Source of the DNA: a virus | DNA: 64,000 nucleotides | IMG/VR virus record: IMGVR_UViG_3300045988_154277 | Strand: one strand, 5' to 3' | Part shown: in pieces, positions 1-9,927 of the stretch | How the letters are laid out: each line of letters begins with the position of its first letter | Position numbering within the stretch: position 1 is the stretch's first letter | Notes under the pieces: generated by a model | Told to the model about the DNA's origin: nothing | Databases searched by the model: none | What the model saw: the letters and a program-made list of their open reading frames with translations, nothing else | Made by a program: the position numbers and the translations under genes

Positions 1-447
1 GTTGAGTTTCTTCTTCAGCTCTTCCACAAGAGCTGTCTGACCATTTTGAGCAGCACGGTTCGCCAATCGAGTTACCACTTCGACCATAGCTTTGGTGTCA
101 TCAGACAATGCACCTTTGGCATTCTTGATCTTGTCGAAGGTCGTCTCAACAGGATCTTTCTGTCTCTCGATGAAGAGGTCGATAATCCGATCGAAGAACT
201 TCCTTTTGATCGTCTTGGTAACCGATTTGATATACTGCTCGTTGTTCCAGAAATCAGGGTTCGATTGGAACGATGATGCATTAGTGGCCATGGAATCCAA
301 CAATGAATTGGTATCCATGTCGATGGCGGAGGTGGACTCTTCTCTGTACTTCGGCAAAGTCAGTTCCTTGTAGAAGTACTGGAAGATCTTAAGTCTTGGT
401 TTTCCCATGCTTGTTTCGATGCATGGATGTTTGGTGTACTGTGTCAT
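1..447 (-). CDS. hypothetical protein, N-terminal 149 codons (gene runs past window start)
   Basis: Hand translation of the minus strand from ATG at 447 (2 nt after the TAA of the upstream gene) is stop-free to position 1 (MTQYTKHPCIETSMGKPRLKIFQYF...). Absent from the ORF track because no stop lies in the window. Confidence 0.55.
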   Translation of the reverse strand, partial: MTQYTKHPCIETSMGKPRLKIFQYFYKELTLPKYREESTSAIDMDTNSLLDSMATNASSFQSNPDFWNNEQYIKSVTKTIKRKFFDRIIDLFIERQKDPVETTFDKIKNAKGALSDDTKAMVEVVTRLANRAAQNGQTALVEELKKKLN

Positions 448-449
448 GA

Positions 450-665
450 TTATTCCTCTTTTGTTTTAGGTGGCATAGGAGCTTCACAACAGATATCAAT
501 CACTCCAGAAACAGACGTATCAACGTATACCACAGGGATTCGATCACATCCTGTATAAACAGGTTCTGGTGTTTGACTGTTGATCCACACAGCGAGTGGA
601 AGATCTTGATTCTCTACTTTCTTTAGAAGTTCGATGACTTCTCTAACGGTTAGTTGTTTGTGCAT
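450..665 (-). CDS. hypothetical small protein (71 aa)
   Basis: ORF in the co-directional tightly packed gene string; stop lies 2 nt before the next ATG. Confidence 0.45.
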   Translation of the reverse strand: MHKQLTVREVIELLKKVENQDLPLAVWINSQTPEPVYTGCDRIPVVYVDTSVSGVIDICCEAPMPPKTKEE

Positions 666-952
666 GATACCTCCTTAAGCAGTTGTTCTACTGCTTTTTG
701 AATGTACGGCAACGCAGCTTTTCCATAGTCGTTCGGCTCAGAGAGTTTCTCCTCTTCAAAGCGGATGACAACACCGGTATGTCCGATGTATTGATCCCCT
801 TTGAACACGTCAATCTTGGCATAGCCTGTACTAGCATCTACCAAGCTGATAAATGTAGTAGCCAGGATGTCGTCTTGATACCCAACATCAACAAGTAAGT
901 CAGGTGTGTTGTTCACATGACATCTCATCTTTTTAGCAGTCAGCCTCATCAT
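650..952 (-). CDS. hypothetical protein (100 aa)
   Basis: ORF in the same string; its start region overlaps the upstream gene end by about 20 nt. Confidence 0.45.
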   Translation of the reverse strand: MMRLTAKKMRCHVNNTPDLLVDVGYQDDILATTFISLVDASTGYAKIDVFKGDQYIGHTGVVIRFEEEKLSEPNDYGKAALPYIQKAVEQLLKEVSCTNN

Positions 953-1997
953 CTTCTTCTCCTATGATAATGTATTCGTCGTCTTTGGTATCCATCAGAG
1001 ACTGATACGTCTCGACCCGCTCGATCGCTGCTGCGATCTGCTGGATCAGGATAGCATCACGCTGTTCTTCCGGTGTATGCTGTATCAAGCTGATCACCCG
1101 TTCCACGGAAGGATAGTCCTGCAGAACTTGTCCTTGTGCATGGATCCGTTCTGTGATCAGTTGTGTGAGGTTGTCAAAAGCCTCGAGTCTCTGTTCTGGT
1201 TCCCAATCGTTCAAGATCAGACACAACCTCATGAAGAAATCCAACGTGATATCTTCATGTTGTTGTTCTATGTAACTCGTGATGGGAGCGGTATCGTCCG
1301 TATCAGTACCAACACTTGCGGCATGTTTGTAGAGGTTGTACTCACGGGTGATGTTCTCCATCGCCAGTTCGTTGTATTTGTTGAAGACTGGAGTGAGGAA
1401 CAGTCCAGATGAAGCAGTAGCGTCCATCAACATATTAAGGAACTTAAGACGACCTTCATTGTATTTTTGAGCATCAAGGGAACCGAACTCATTCCGCAAC
1501 GGTTCTCTATTCATCACCATCACGGCATACGATGCGAATGAGATATAGTCCAGATCGTGGAGCAGAGCCCAACTGGGATGTTGCTTGATCTGATTAAGAT
1601 CATATCCGATCTTGGTGCTGTTGATCATAGCAGAGACATCACAAATGAAGTCGGGTGATATATTATCAACGTTCTTTGCATACTGCTCCCATTCAACTGC
1701 GGATTTCTGTTCGTTGCATGAATCTCCCGGGATGTACACAACATCATGCCAGCAGATCGCAACGAGTACTTTCGCCAGGTCTTCTACCGTCAGTTCATCC
1801 TGGAAGAACTTTCGGTTATCTGGGTTCTTGTACTCCGCATCGAGAACTTGCAACATAGTCTCGACATGTTGCACGGTGTGGTACTTCGTTTTGTCAGTGG
1901 ACATCCGACTGACACCAGCATCCATCCACTGATGGATGTCAGGATACTCTTTGACTGTCAAGTCAATGACTGTATTGTTGGAAATGATTGGGTGCAT
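933..1997 (-). CDS. hypothetical protein (354 aa)
   Basis: Long ORF, first gene after promoter-like motif and hairpin; GGAGG-type RBS before ATG. Confidence 0.6.
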   Translation of the reverse strand: MHPIISNNTVIDLTVKEYPDIHQWMDAGVSRMSTDKTKYHTVQHVETMLQVLDAEYKNPDNRKFFQDELTVEDLAKVLVAICWHDVVYIPGDSCNEQKSAVEWEQYAKNVDNISPDFICDVSAMINSTKIGYDLNQIKQHPSWALLHDLDYISFASYAVMVMNREPLRNEFGSLDAQKYNEGRLKFLNMLMDATASSGLFLTPVFNKYNELAMENITREYNLYKHAASVGTDTDDTAPITSYIEQQHEDITLDFFMRLCLILNDWEPEQRLEAFDNLTQLITERIHAQGQVLQDYPSVERVISLIQHTPEEQRDAILIQQIAAAIERVETYQSLMDTKDDEYIIIGEEDDEADC

Positions 1998-2035
1998 AAT
2001 ACTACCTCCTGTTGATATAGTTTGTTGGTTCGTTA

Positions 2036-2057
2036 CTAGGTAATATATACGTGAAAG
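2036..2057 (-). promoter_or_regulatory. recurring AT-rich promoter-like motif (CTAGGTAATATATACGTGAAAG; minus-strand reading TTTCACGTATATATTAC)
   Basis: One of at least 7 intergenic copies of the same 17-20 nt motif. Here it points toward the minus-strand 354-aa gene. Confidence 0.4.
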
Positions 2058-2066
2058 AACATAGAA

Positions 2067-2100
2067 CTACACTAGATTGGGATATCCCAATCTAGTGTAG
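2067..2100. terminator. perfect 16-bp stem / 3-nt loop intergenic hairpin
   Basis: CTACACTAGATTGGGA tat TCCCAATCTAGTGTAG between two minus-strand genes; no U-tract. Confidence 0.5.
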
Positions 2101-2105
2101 ATATG

Positions 2106-3146
2106 TCATTTCTTCTCAGTATCAGGGGTTGGTTGTTCTTCAGGTTGAGCTTCCTGTTGTGGTTGTTCTTCCTGCGTAGCAACACTGTAGCCCTGTGCTT
2201 TCTTGGCGATCTCAGTAACCAACCTACGGAACCGTTGTTCCACAGATTTCAGGTACTTGATATCGTTGAAGATGATCCTGGTGTACACGAATACAGCTTG
2301 TGATTCAACGGTAGGTCCAGCATCATTACGGAACCTGTTGTTCGTAAGACCAGAGACCAGTTTACGAGTCTCCTTACTTACAGTTTTCAGGTTGGTAAGA
2401 ACACTGTTGCCTGCTTGCATACAAGATTTGATCTTGCTATCCACTTCTACGAACCTATCGTACGACGTGAATCCAAGCGTCTGTAGGGAAGACATCTTGC
2501 GTTGACGATCTTCGTAGGGTGTTTGATAGTTGGGACCAACCTTCATACCACCCGCTGGAACTTTTGAGTTGAACCTCTGCAGATATGTTGCACGTAAGCT
2601 ATCGATCGGAGCCGTTGGGAGAGACGGTTTCACCACATCATCGTACGTTACCTCGAAGTGTTTCTGCACGATCTCACACGTCTTGATAAAGCGAGAAGCA
2701 GAGGTCGAATGGAACTTCTCATTCTGCATCGACTCGACTTTGTCTTTGATGAACGCGAGTTGCTTCGTGTAGGAACGTTGACTACGAGAGAAGAACGCTT
2801 CTGCGAAATCCAACACCTTGGAGACGATCGTCTGCAGAGCGTGAATGAACGCAGTGATCCCTTTCTTCACAACACCACCGATTTCGCGAGCGGTTACTTC
2901 GATACCATACTGCGCAAGTGTATTACCGTAAAGAGACTCCACAGAACGAGTATACCCGTACTTCTGGATCACAGTATCGAGTATGGTGAGATGCTCGATC
3001 GAGTGCAAGATCTCTTCTGCTGTTCGGATCGCGTCTTCTGCTTCATTTATGGTGCTAACGAGCATACACTCAGCAGCGATCGCGTCCTCGATTGAGAAGA
3101 GATGGTCGTTCTTGGACGGAACGAGATTTTCAAATCCAAAACGCAT
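2106..3146 (-). CDS. helical protein, paralog family member A (346 aa)
   Basis: N-terminus MRFGFENL... and KYGYTRSVESLYGNT block are shared with the 246-aa and 323-aa neighbours. Confidence 0.6.
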   Translation of the reverse strand: MRFGFENLVPSKNDHLFSIEDAIAAECMLVSTINEAEDAIRTAEEILHSIEHLTILDTVIQKYGYTRSVESLYGNTLAQYGIEVTAREIGGVVKKGITAFIHALQTIVSKVLDFAEAFFSRSQRSYTKQLAFIKDKVESMQNEKFHSTSASRFIKTCEIVQKHFEVTYDDVVKPSLPTAPIDSLRATYLQRFNSKVPAGGMKVGPNYQTPYEDRQRKMSSLQTLGFTSYDRFVEVDSKIKSCMQAGNSVLTNLKTVSKETRKLVSGLTNNRFRNDAGPTVESQAVFVYTRIIFNDIKYLKSVEQRFRRLVTEIAKKAQGYSVATQEEQPQQEAQPEEQPTPDTEKK

Positions 3147-3172
3147 ATCGATCCTTCTTGTTTAAAACTAGA

Positions 3173-3203
3173 CATAGGAGGAGGAACAAGACCTCCTCCT
3201 ATG
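3173..3203. terminator. 12-bp stem intergenic hairpin
   Basis: CATAGGAGGAGG aacaaga CCTCCTCCTATG. Confidence 0.45.
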
Positions 3204-3228
3204 TCAAAGTTCATATAAGAGTTACAGC

Positions 3229-3969
3229 TTACTTAGCCGCGTTCTCTTCCGGAGCAGCTTGGTCAGCATTCTTGTCTTTCGACTTGTCGGCACCACCTGC
3301 ACGCTTCGCGGCAGCGATGAACGAGTTGGCAACTCGGATGACGTTTCTGTCGTCCTCGACCGCCTTCTTGATGGCATCACGCAGCTGTTGAATGTATTCA
3401 TCAGTAGCTGCATTCTGCGCTTCTTTGAGCTGATCTTCAAGTTGACTTTTTGTCTTCCCAAGTTCATTGACAGCCTGCTTCAGTTTATTGAGAGCAGCCG
3501 TGAACTTACCTTCATCGGTAATCTTACCATCGATCACAGATCCGCCTTTGATTTCGAACGGACCTTTGAACTTCAGCGAGTTCAGAGCAGAAGCAGTACG
3601 TTCTTTCTGGTTGAAGAGCCATTTGAAGAAATTCGTAACTTTCGCCCAAAGATCCTTCAGGATCTGCTTGATCTTCTGACCGAGACCCTTCTTGGCCTCT
3701 TCGTTCTCAGCTTCCATAGAAGCGGCGCTGCTGAAGTTCTCTCCATAGAGAGCTTCCAGAGAACGAGTCACGCCATATTTCTTGATGCACTTGCTGATGG
3801 CGTTGACGTTGTCATAAGTGCGAACCGTAGCGGTGAGTTCATGACACAGATCCAGGACATCGGAAGCAGCCTGATTGAACTGGATCAGAGAATCCAGGTA
3901 CTCATACGAAAGTTCACCAGAAGCTTTCGGAGCCATGCCCAGATTTTCAAAACCAAGATTGATACCCAT
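3229..3969 (-). CDS. helical protein, paralog family member B (246 aa)
   Basis: MGINLGFENLG... and KKYGVTRSLEALYGEN; paralog of the 2106-3146 product. Confidence 0.6.
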   Translation of the reverse strand: MGINLGFENLGMAPKASGELSYEYLDSLIQFNQAASDVLDLCHELTATVRTYDNVNAISKCIKKYGVTRSLEALYGENFSSAASMEAENEEAKKGLGQKIKQILKDLWAKVTNFFKWLFNQKERTASALNSLKFKGPFEIKGGSVIDGKITDEGKFTAALNKLKQAVNELGKTKSQLEDQLKEAQNAATDEYIQQLRDAIKKAVEDDRNVIRVANSFIAAAKRAGGADKSKDKNADQAAPEENAAK

Positions 3970-4123
3970 GAGTATTCACTCCTGTAAAGATGTTTGTACG
4001 TACATTTGCGAGATGATCATCACACACAAGAAGTCAAATGTAGTCTGAAGAGATAGACATACACGTAACCTCAACACATATGATGTCACCGTGAGACATG
4101 TTACAACTACACACTGTCTTGGT

Positions 4124-5050
4124 TTAGGAGTCCGTATCCATGAGACCGTACGGATCATTCGTCGCCACATCAAGATCTGATGCTGTGGTCGTAATGTCCT
4201 TTTCTGATACATTGCGTGTCTTGAAGTACCGGTAGTCCCACGTTACTTCCTGAAGCTTCTTGTACAGTACATTCAGGATCTTCTTAACACAGTTGTAGTA
4301 CCGTGTATCATCTGTTGTCAGTTCAAACTCTTGCATACACAGCGTGACAAGACGATACGTGTCGTGTTTACAAATGTATGTGTCTCGATTCCACACGGGG
4401 TAGTTTGCATTCAGAAACTCACAACAAGTACAATACTTATCTTCCGTGTAAGTATCCGGATCTTGTAAGTAACGTGTCAATGCTCTGTTGTATAGCGTCT
4501 TATAGAACTTATCGACAACATGGTTGATCGCGGTTGTGTAAAGGGCATGCTCTTTTTGGAACCCTTTATCGGTCGCTTCTTGTTCGTCTTTGAACGTATC
4601 AATGCGAGCATCTGCACAACAACCAAATATCTTCTTGATGATACCAGGTTCTGCGATGTGTTGTGTGCAAAGATCCATCACCCATTCAGGTAGCGGGTGA
4701 AACGCAGGTTGTTGTAGTGACTTTTGATTGGGTTCGTAGAACGATTTGGCGATACTTTCTACGGTGTATGGTATACAGTCGGGGTTGTCGATATGACATG
4801 TTCTAACCCAAGGGTCGCTGTTTTTATGTAGCCGATACATGATCTGGTCAACTACTGCTTCGTAGTTGATTTGCTCCGGTACAGGGATGATCTCTTTGAG
4901 AAACGTTATCAGAGTGTTTCGAAAGTTAGCGTCTACGGACGCTGGTATCTTGACATACCCATAGTTTCTCCAGACACTGTTCGCAAGTGGTTGGATCAAC
5001 CCGTCGATGGTTGCTTGGAATTCTTCTCTTGTTACGATGTTGTTCTCCAT
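4124..5050 (-). CDS. hypothetical protein (308 aa; start moved to MENNIV)
   Basis: ORF 4124-5083. Internal ATG at 5050 has a GAGGAG RBS and removes the overlap with the upstream gene. Confidence 0.5.
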   Translation of the reverse strand: MENNIVTREEFQATIDGLIQPLANSVWRNYGYVKIPASVDANFRNTLITFLKEIIPVPEQINYEAVVDQIMYRLHKNSDPWVRTCHIDNPDCIPYTVESIAKSFYEPNQKSLQQPAFHPLPEWVMDLCTQHIAEPGIIKKIFGCCADARIDTFKDEQEATDKGFQKEHALYTTAINHVVDKFYKTLYNRALTRYLQDPDTYTEDKYCTCCEFLNANYPVWNRDTYICKHDTYRLVTLCMQEFELTTDDTRYYNCVKKILNVLYKKLQEVTWDYRYFKTRNVSEKDITTTASDLDVATNDPYGLMDTDS

Positions 5051-5063
5051 AATGCTCCTCTTG

Positions 5064-5453
5064 TCATCTGTTGAATATCCCAAATCTTCTCTTGATCTTC
5101 ACTTTCACCGTTACCTTGGATAACCCAACCAAGTACATTTTGAAGTAGGGTTCTCCGTAGTTGCAGCAATCTCTGTTATGTTTGTTGATCTCTTCTACTA
5201 CACCAAGTGCAGCTCCCATCTGTTTTAACAGACTGTAATTCACGACACGAAGAGATACGTTCAGACTGTACTCCAACACCTTGTCGTGATACATCTCCTC
5301 CACACATCGACGATATGCATCGTGAACGAGGTCGTAGATACATCTGGTGATCTCATCACTTGGGTTCTTCGCATTCTTGATGCGGATCGACATGTTCTTC
5401 AATTGTTCTTCTTGTTTCTGGTAAACAAGATCGTAAAGTTGTTTGGCATCCAT
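5064..5453 (-). CDS. hypothetical protein (129 aa; start moved to MDAKQ)
   Basis: ORF 5064-5561. The upstream part overlaps a promoter-like AT-rich element (5480-5510), and an AAAGGA RBS precedes the ATG at 5453. Confidence 0.4.
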   Translation of the reverse strand: MDAKQLYDLVYQKQEEQLKNMSIRIKNAKNPSDEITRCIYDLVHDAYRRCVEEMYHDKVLEYSLNVSLRVVNYSLLKQMGAALGVVEEINKHNRDCCNYGEPYFKMYLVGLSKVTVKVKIKRRFGIFNR

Positions 5454-5534
5454 TGTTTCTAATTCCTTTCTACGTATGCATGCTATGATCACTTGACATT
5501 CAATATATTTAACCAATCTAACATGAGGTGTAAG

Positions 5535-6573
5535 ATGGCTTTCAAAAGACGTAAGATCCAACTGGATCCAGAGATGAAACAGAGGATGGAAAGTAGCAGT
5601 AGGAACATTTTCGAAGTGTTCTACTCTGCGACGACTACCCCCCCCAGGTGCGTTCCCACTTTGGACAGGTGAGTGGATCCTGAACTGTGCGGGTACTTAC
5701 CCAACATTCTACCAGAAAGCAGTAGAATATCAATCCAAAGGTACGATCCGTGCTGTGAGCAATGCTGATTATGAATCAGACTTAACTATATATGGAGAGT
5801 GTGGCGCATTCGTAATCCAAGGGAATGACATCCGTTTACCTAAGATCACTTCGTATGTGAAATCATGCAATCTCAAAAGCGACATCGGTGTTACACTACC
5901 TCCTGGTCTTCCTAACATCACAGGTACATTCGGTGGTATTTCCAGAAGGACAGATGCCGGATGGATCCACCCGAGTGGAGCGTTGAGTTTGATCAGAGAA
6001 CCTTTTGGTTGGGGTCCCGCCGGTAGTGATCCAACTTACGCTGGAGAACTTCAGTTCAACGCTAACGCATCGAACAGCATCTATGGAGCATCGGGTACCG
6101 TACAGCCTCCTTCTGTTCAGTTAGCGGCTTACATCCAAGTGTATCACGGAGTATCGGACCAATCTCTCGTCAACATCGGTGAACTCACCAACCAGATCTC
6201 TCAGTTATCTGCGAAAGTAACAGAACTCACCAGACAGTTGGATACCTACAAATCGAACAACTTCGGTGCTCCTGATCATAGCAATCGTGTTGTGTTGACT
6301 CCTGAAACATCGGCAACAGAACTATCATACACTCCGAATGTGAATGGATATATCTCGGGATACTTCATGCGAAAGGACGACGGAGCAACCCAGATCGACC
6401 TGATTGTAAATGGAGTTACCTATAGCAACTGGTCGAGACCTGGTTCGTATTACGTGAATGGTCACATGTCCGTACTGATGCCTGTGAAAGCAGGACAGAC
6501 GGTCGTTGTAAGAAGAGTCAGTGGTAATTGGAACAACAGGCTCAACTGGTTGTACTTCATCCCGTGTGCTTAA
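5535..6573 (+). CDS. tail-fibre-like protein, reading frame broken by a C8 homopolymer (two ORFs as sequenced: 5535-5672 and 5755-6573)
   Basis: GAGGTG RBS plus ATG at 5535; frame 0 stops at 5670. The +1 frame from 5578 onward encodes PPGAFPLWTGEWILNCAGTYPTFYQKAVEYQSKG...YGECGAFVIQGNDIRLPKIT, paralogous to the middle of the 605-aa fibre, but has no start codon. Deleting one C (C8 to C7) fuses both parts. Confidence 0.6.
5638..5645 (+). repeat. C8 homopolymer tract inside the fibre gene
   Basis: ACTACCCCCCCCAGG seen directly. Confidence 0.9.
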
Positions 6574-6575
6574 TA

Positions 6576-6616
6576 GTTGATAGAGTGAGGAGTATGACAC
6601 TCCTCACTCTATCAAC
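6576..6616. terminator. 18-bp stem bidirectional hairpin between convergent genes
   Basis: GTTGATAGAGTGAGGAGT atgac ACTCCTCACTCTATCAAC. Confidence 0.55.
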
Positions 6617-6618
6617 AT

Positions 6619-7590
6619 TCACTTCTCTATGATCTTTAAAAGAACTTGGCATTTCTTACCAACAAGCGTAGAGTATTTCATCACACTACGTACATTGTTG
6701 TCGATCTGTTTGACAAGCGTCTTCACGGTGTCGAGTTTGGTCTTCGCCATCTCTTTCGACATCTGGGTGTTGGACTTTGTGTCGTTAGCGATTGCTTTCG
6801 CCGTCGTATGGAAGTTACGAATGGCTCCGATGTAAGTGTTCATCTCATCGAACCGTGTAGCCAAAGTATTCAAACTGGTAGCATCGAACCATTTACCGTT
6901 GACAGGGTCCATACCATCCTCAGTATTGCGGACATCTTTTCCGTTACCAGACTCCTTTTTGAGTTGGTCTTGGGTGGTGGTCAGGGCGTTATCTTCCGTT
7001 TTAGATTGTTCCTCCTGTCCCTGTGCTTGTACGGTCTCTTCGTTCGTCTTCAGTGCTTTAAGCTTATCGGCTCGATCTTGGAACTCTTTCTGATTGTCCA
7101 AGATCTCTTTCAGGAACTTCGCGATCGACTCAGTTGATTCACCGTGTGTGGTATACTCTTTCTTGAGTTTATCCACATTCTTCGGATCTTGACATTTGTT
7201 CGCCAACTTACGAAGGAGATCAGCAGAGGCCTTCGTGCTGACAGACATCACCTCTGTGAGGTATCGAATCAACTTCGGGAAGAACTCAGTTACTTTATCC
7301 CACATCGTAGTCATCGTCTTGGAGATCCCTCCTGCAACTTCAACGCTAGAAGTATAACCTTCTTGTGCAAGTTGTAAGCCGACGATATCTTGAAACACAT
7401 GATCTGTACGCAATGTATCAATGTGATGTTCTAACCACATCAGATTACGACACAACACATCCAGATCCTCCAAGGACTGGAACAGTTCTCTCGATGTGTC
7501 ATTGTGCTGATCTTCTTTCAAGGTCAAAAGGATCCGTTCATCCATAGACAAGGATGGGTCCTTATAAAGCGGTGTAAAATTAAATGACAT
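6619..7590 (-). CDS. helical protein, paralog family member C (323 aa; start at MSFNFTPLY)
   Basis: ORF track starts at 7824, but that region contains the 7619-7651 hairpin. The ATG at 7590 has a GGAGAC RBS. The product resembles the 346- and 246-aa proteins. Confidence 0.55.
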   Translation of the reverse strand: MSFNFTPLYKDPSLSMDERILLTLKEDQHNDTSRELFQSLEDLDVLCRNLMWLEHHIDTLRTDHVFQDIVGLQLAQEGYTSSVEVAGGISKTMTTMWDKVTEFFPKLIRYLTEVMSVSTKASADLLRKLANKCQDPKNVDKLKKEYTTHGESTESIAKFLKEILDNQKEFQDRADKLKALKTNEETVQAQGQEEQSKTEDNALTTTQDQLKKESGNGKDVRNTEDGMDPVNGKWFDATSLNTLATRFDEMNTYIGAIRNFHTTAKAIANDTKSNTQMSKEMAKTKLDTVKTLVKQIDNNVRSVMKYSTLVGKKCQVLLKIIEK

Positions 7591-7618
7591 GATAGGTCTC
7601 CTGATTTTAGCATAGGAT

Positions 7619-7651
7619 GGAACCATGGGTGAGATACTCACCCATGGTTCC
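7619..7651. terminator. 15-bp stem / 3-nt loop hairpin
   Basis: GGAACCATGGGTGAG ata CTCACCCATGGTTCC. Confidence 0.55.
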
Positions 7652-7658
7652 AGATGTA

Positions 7659-9917
7659 TCAACGACTGCTGATATTTGCAGTATCGGTACCACGACCCCG
7701 ATTCGTAACACGATTGAGAGAAGTAGCATTCGTACTGATGTCTGTCTTCTCGTGGTTCGCATACGGAGCTGTAACAGTAAGGAACCTGGCTGCAGGAGAA
7801 CGTCCGATCTTGGCACCCCACCATGTGGGATTGAAGATCGTGTTCTTCTTGATCAAGGTTGCAGCTGCAAGTTTCCGCATCGACTTCGGCATCAAGTACA
7901 GTCGTTCACTGATCCCCAATGCAGACAAGGTATCCAGATACTCCATCAGGTTGTTGTTCCTGGTAAAGGTATCGAAGAACCCGATGTCTTGCATACTGAG
8001 GAACACAGCAGGACTGAGATCCTTGATGCTGAAACTCACATCGATCGCAGTTGGCAGGTTGGTACTGCTCCAACCAAACTCATCTTTCCCACGACTGATC
8101 GACATATCCGTGATCATTCCACACGGTACTGCGAATTTACCTTTGCAGTATGCGTTGATGATGAACGGAGAGGTGTACATGTTGTCACCTACTGATCTGG
8201 GAAGAGCGGCAGCCAACAACATCAGAAGAGGGATGTAGATGCTCTGGAAGATGGATGTAGGATCTCCATACCGAGCTCTCAACTGGATCGTGAACGAATA
8301 CGACTTACTGAAGGAACTACCTTTCCACACTTCAGGGATATCGATGAATCCACTACCATCGGTCAGGATCGCTCCGATGTCACCGATACCAACAGCACTT
8401 GCTGTTTTAGCAAGTAGTTCCATACCAACTGTTTTAGCGAAGTCACCGATCGATTTCTTCTCCGATAAGTTCTTCGCTAGACGCGCTACGAAACTACCAC
8501 CACCAGTATCATCGAACTCATCGCGTTTCTGTTGAGCGACTTGGTTTAACCTTTGACTGATCCCAGTAGGACCTGTCTGGTTGGAGATGTTTTCGGTACA
8601 GTTCAATCCACGTTCGATCCGGAATCCAACGAAGTCGCCAGCACCGAAGAGCGTTCCTTTCAAAGCTTCAAACGATTTGGTGAAGACACCCTTGGACTCG
8701 TTATTCTTGACTTCCGTGAAGTTGCCATCTTTGTCAACCTCATACTTCGGTTGAGGATTCACATAGTACTGAGACGTCTCTTGTTGACGTTTCCACTGTT
8801 CCTCCATCAACTGACGCGTTGTCACTTTCACACGCTGTGCGTTGAACAACATCGCACGTCGGTTCATGATGGTGAAGATATCAGGACCGTTCTTCAACAA
8901 CTCAGGGATCCCACAGTCGTTCGTGGAGAACTTCCCTGACTTTGAATACTCACTGATATCGATCGGCATCACGGATCGTGCGCTGTATCCTGCTTCTCGC
9001 ATGACCTGAGCGACAGTCTTGCCATCTGCATTCAGTACGATACCGTTATCATTCGCTGGTTGGGGTTTGTTTGTGTCGTTCGGAAGATCCTTCGTTCGAT
9101 CCGAACGTTGGAACATCCAGGTTGGATACAACCCCATACCAACAGCGAGATAACTGAGCATCGTGTTCACCGTCTCGTAGTAGAGAGGCATCGCTGGTTT
9201 GAAATAGTAGTACATCGTGATCCGTTCACTATCGAGTTTCATCATCCATCGGTTGATATGGAATGGAGCTAAGACAGGGAACGTGATCGCCCAGATCGCT
9301 GTACTGAACACCATGCGGATGATCTTACCAACCAAAGTGCGGATCGATCCTTGGTTCATCGCGATCGCAGCTTGACGATTACCACTAACGGTATAGAACT
9401 GAAGTACGTTGACGAACTCAGGAACACCCATCCTCATCCAGAGGATCTCCTGGTTGTCGTCGTACATTTCTGCATAGACTCTTCCCATACCAGAGGTGAA
9501 TGCCTCCATCCCAGGTATACGAAGTAAAGGAGGAACGATATCATCGTCTCGATTGAACTGCCAGTACGGGTTGATCGCATCATTCCCACCAACACGAGTA
9601 TCCGTGTAGTTCGGTGAGGCATAGAGCGACTTACCCTGAGCCATCTCGTCGGTGACTTTGTCTTTGTTCAAGGCTGCAGAAGATGCATCGGTCTGTTCCA
9701 CGTTCTTCAGGATATTCATCCACTGTGTCACGTTCGCAGTGATTTCACTGTTATCGGCATCTTGAGCCAAGACGAACCGTTCGATCTCCATAAGAGTTTT
9801 GAATGCTTTGTTCGGATCTTCTGCGATGCGGACTCCGTAGGGTGAGCGAACCCACCCGTTGGAGTCCCCACCAACAGATGTGATCCCAGCAGCATCTCTT
9901 AAGATCTGATAGGACAT
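7659..9917 (-). CDS. large virion-type protein (752 aa), function unknown
   Basis: Long ORF immediately downstream of the giant gene; hydrophobic segment VFSTAIWAITFPVLAPF. Confidence 0.6.
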   Translation of the reverse strand: MSYQILRDAAGITSVGGDSNGWVRSPYGVRIAEDPNKAFKTLMEIERFVLAQDADNSEITANVTQWMNILKNVEQTDASSAALNKDKVTDEMAQGKSLYASPNYTDTRVGGNDAINPYWQFNRDDDIVPPLLRIPGMEAFTSGMGRVYAEMYDDNQEILWMRMGVPEFVNVLQFYTVSGNRQAAIAMNQGSIRTLVGKIIRMVFSTAIWAITFPVLAPFHINRWMMKLDSERITMYYYFKPAMPLYYETVNTMLSYLAVGMGLYPTWMFQRSDRTKDLPNDTNKPQPANDNGIVLNADGKTVAQVMREAGYSARSVMPIDISEYSKSGKFSTNDCGIPELLKNGPDIFTIMNRRAMLFNAQRVKVTTRQLMEEQWKRQQETSQYYVNPQPKYEVDKDGNFTEVKNNESKGVFTKSFEALKGTLFGAGDFVGFRIERGLNCTENISNQTGPTGISQRLNQVAQQKRDEFDDTGGGSFVARLAKNLSEKKSIGDFAKTVGMELLAKTASAVGIGDIGAILTDGSGFIDIPEVWKGSSFSKSYSFTIQLRARYGDPTSIFQSIYIPLLMLLAAALPRSVGDNMYTSPFIINAYCKGKFAVPCGMITDMSISRGKDEFGWSSTNLPTAIDVSFSIKDLSPAVFLSMQDIGFFDTFTRNNNLMEYLDTLSALGISERLYLMPKSMRKLAAATLIKKNTIFNPTWWGAKIGRSPAARFLTVTAPYANHEKTDISTNATSLNRVTNRGRGTDTANISSR

Positions 9918-9927
9918 ATACTACTCC

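Noticed and set aside
5470-5510. sigma70-like TTGACA...TATATT element upstream of the broken fibre gene
   Set aside because: Spacing to any -10 hexamer is poor (10-12 or 22 nt). Kept only as a weak note; the phage-specific AT-rich motif family explains the region better.
5535-6573. Diversity-generating retroelement in the fibre locus
   Set aside because: No reverse-transcriptase ORF and no template/variable repeat pair with adenine-specific differences is seen in the window.
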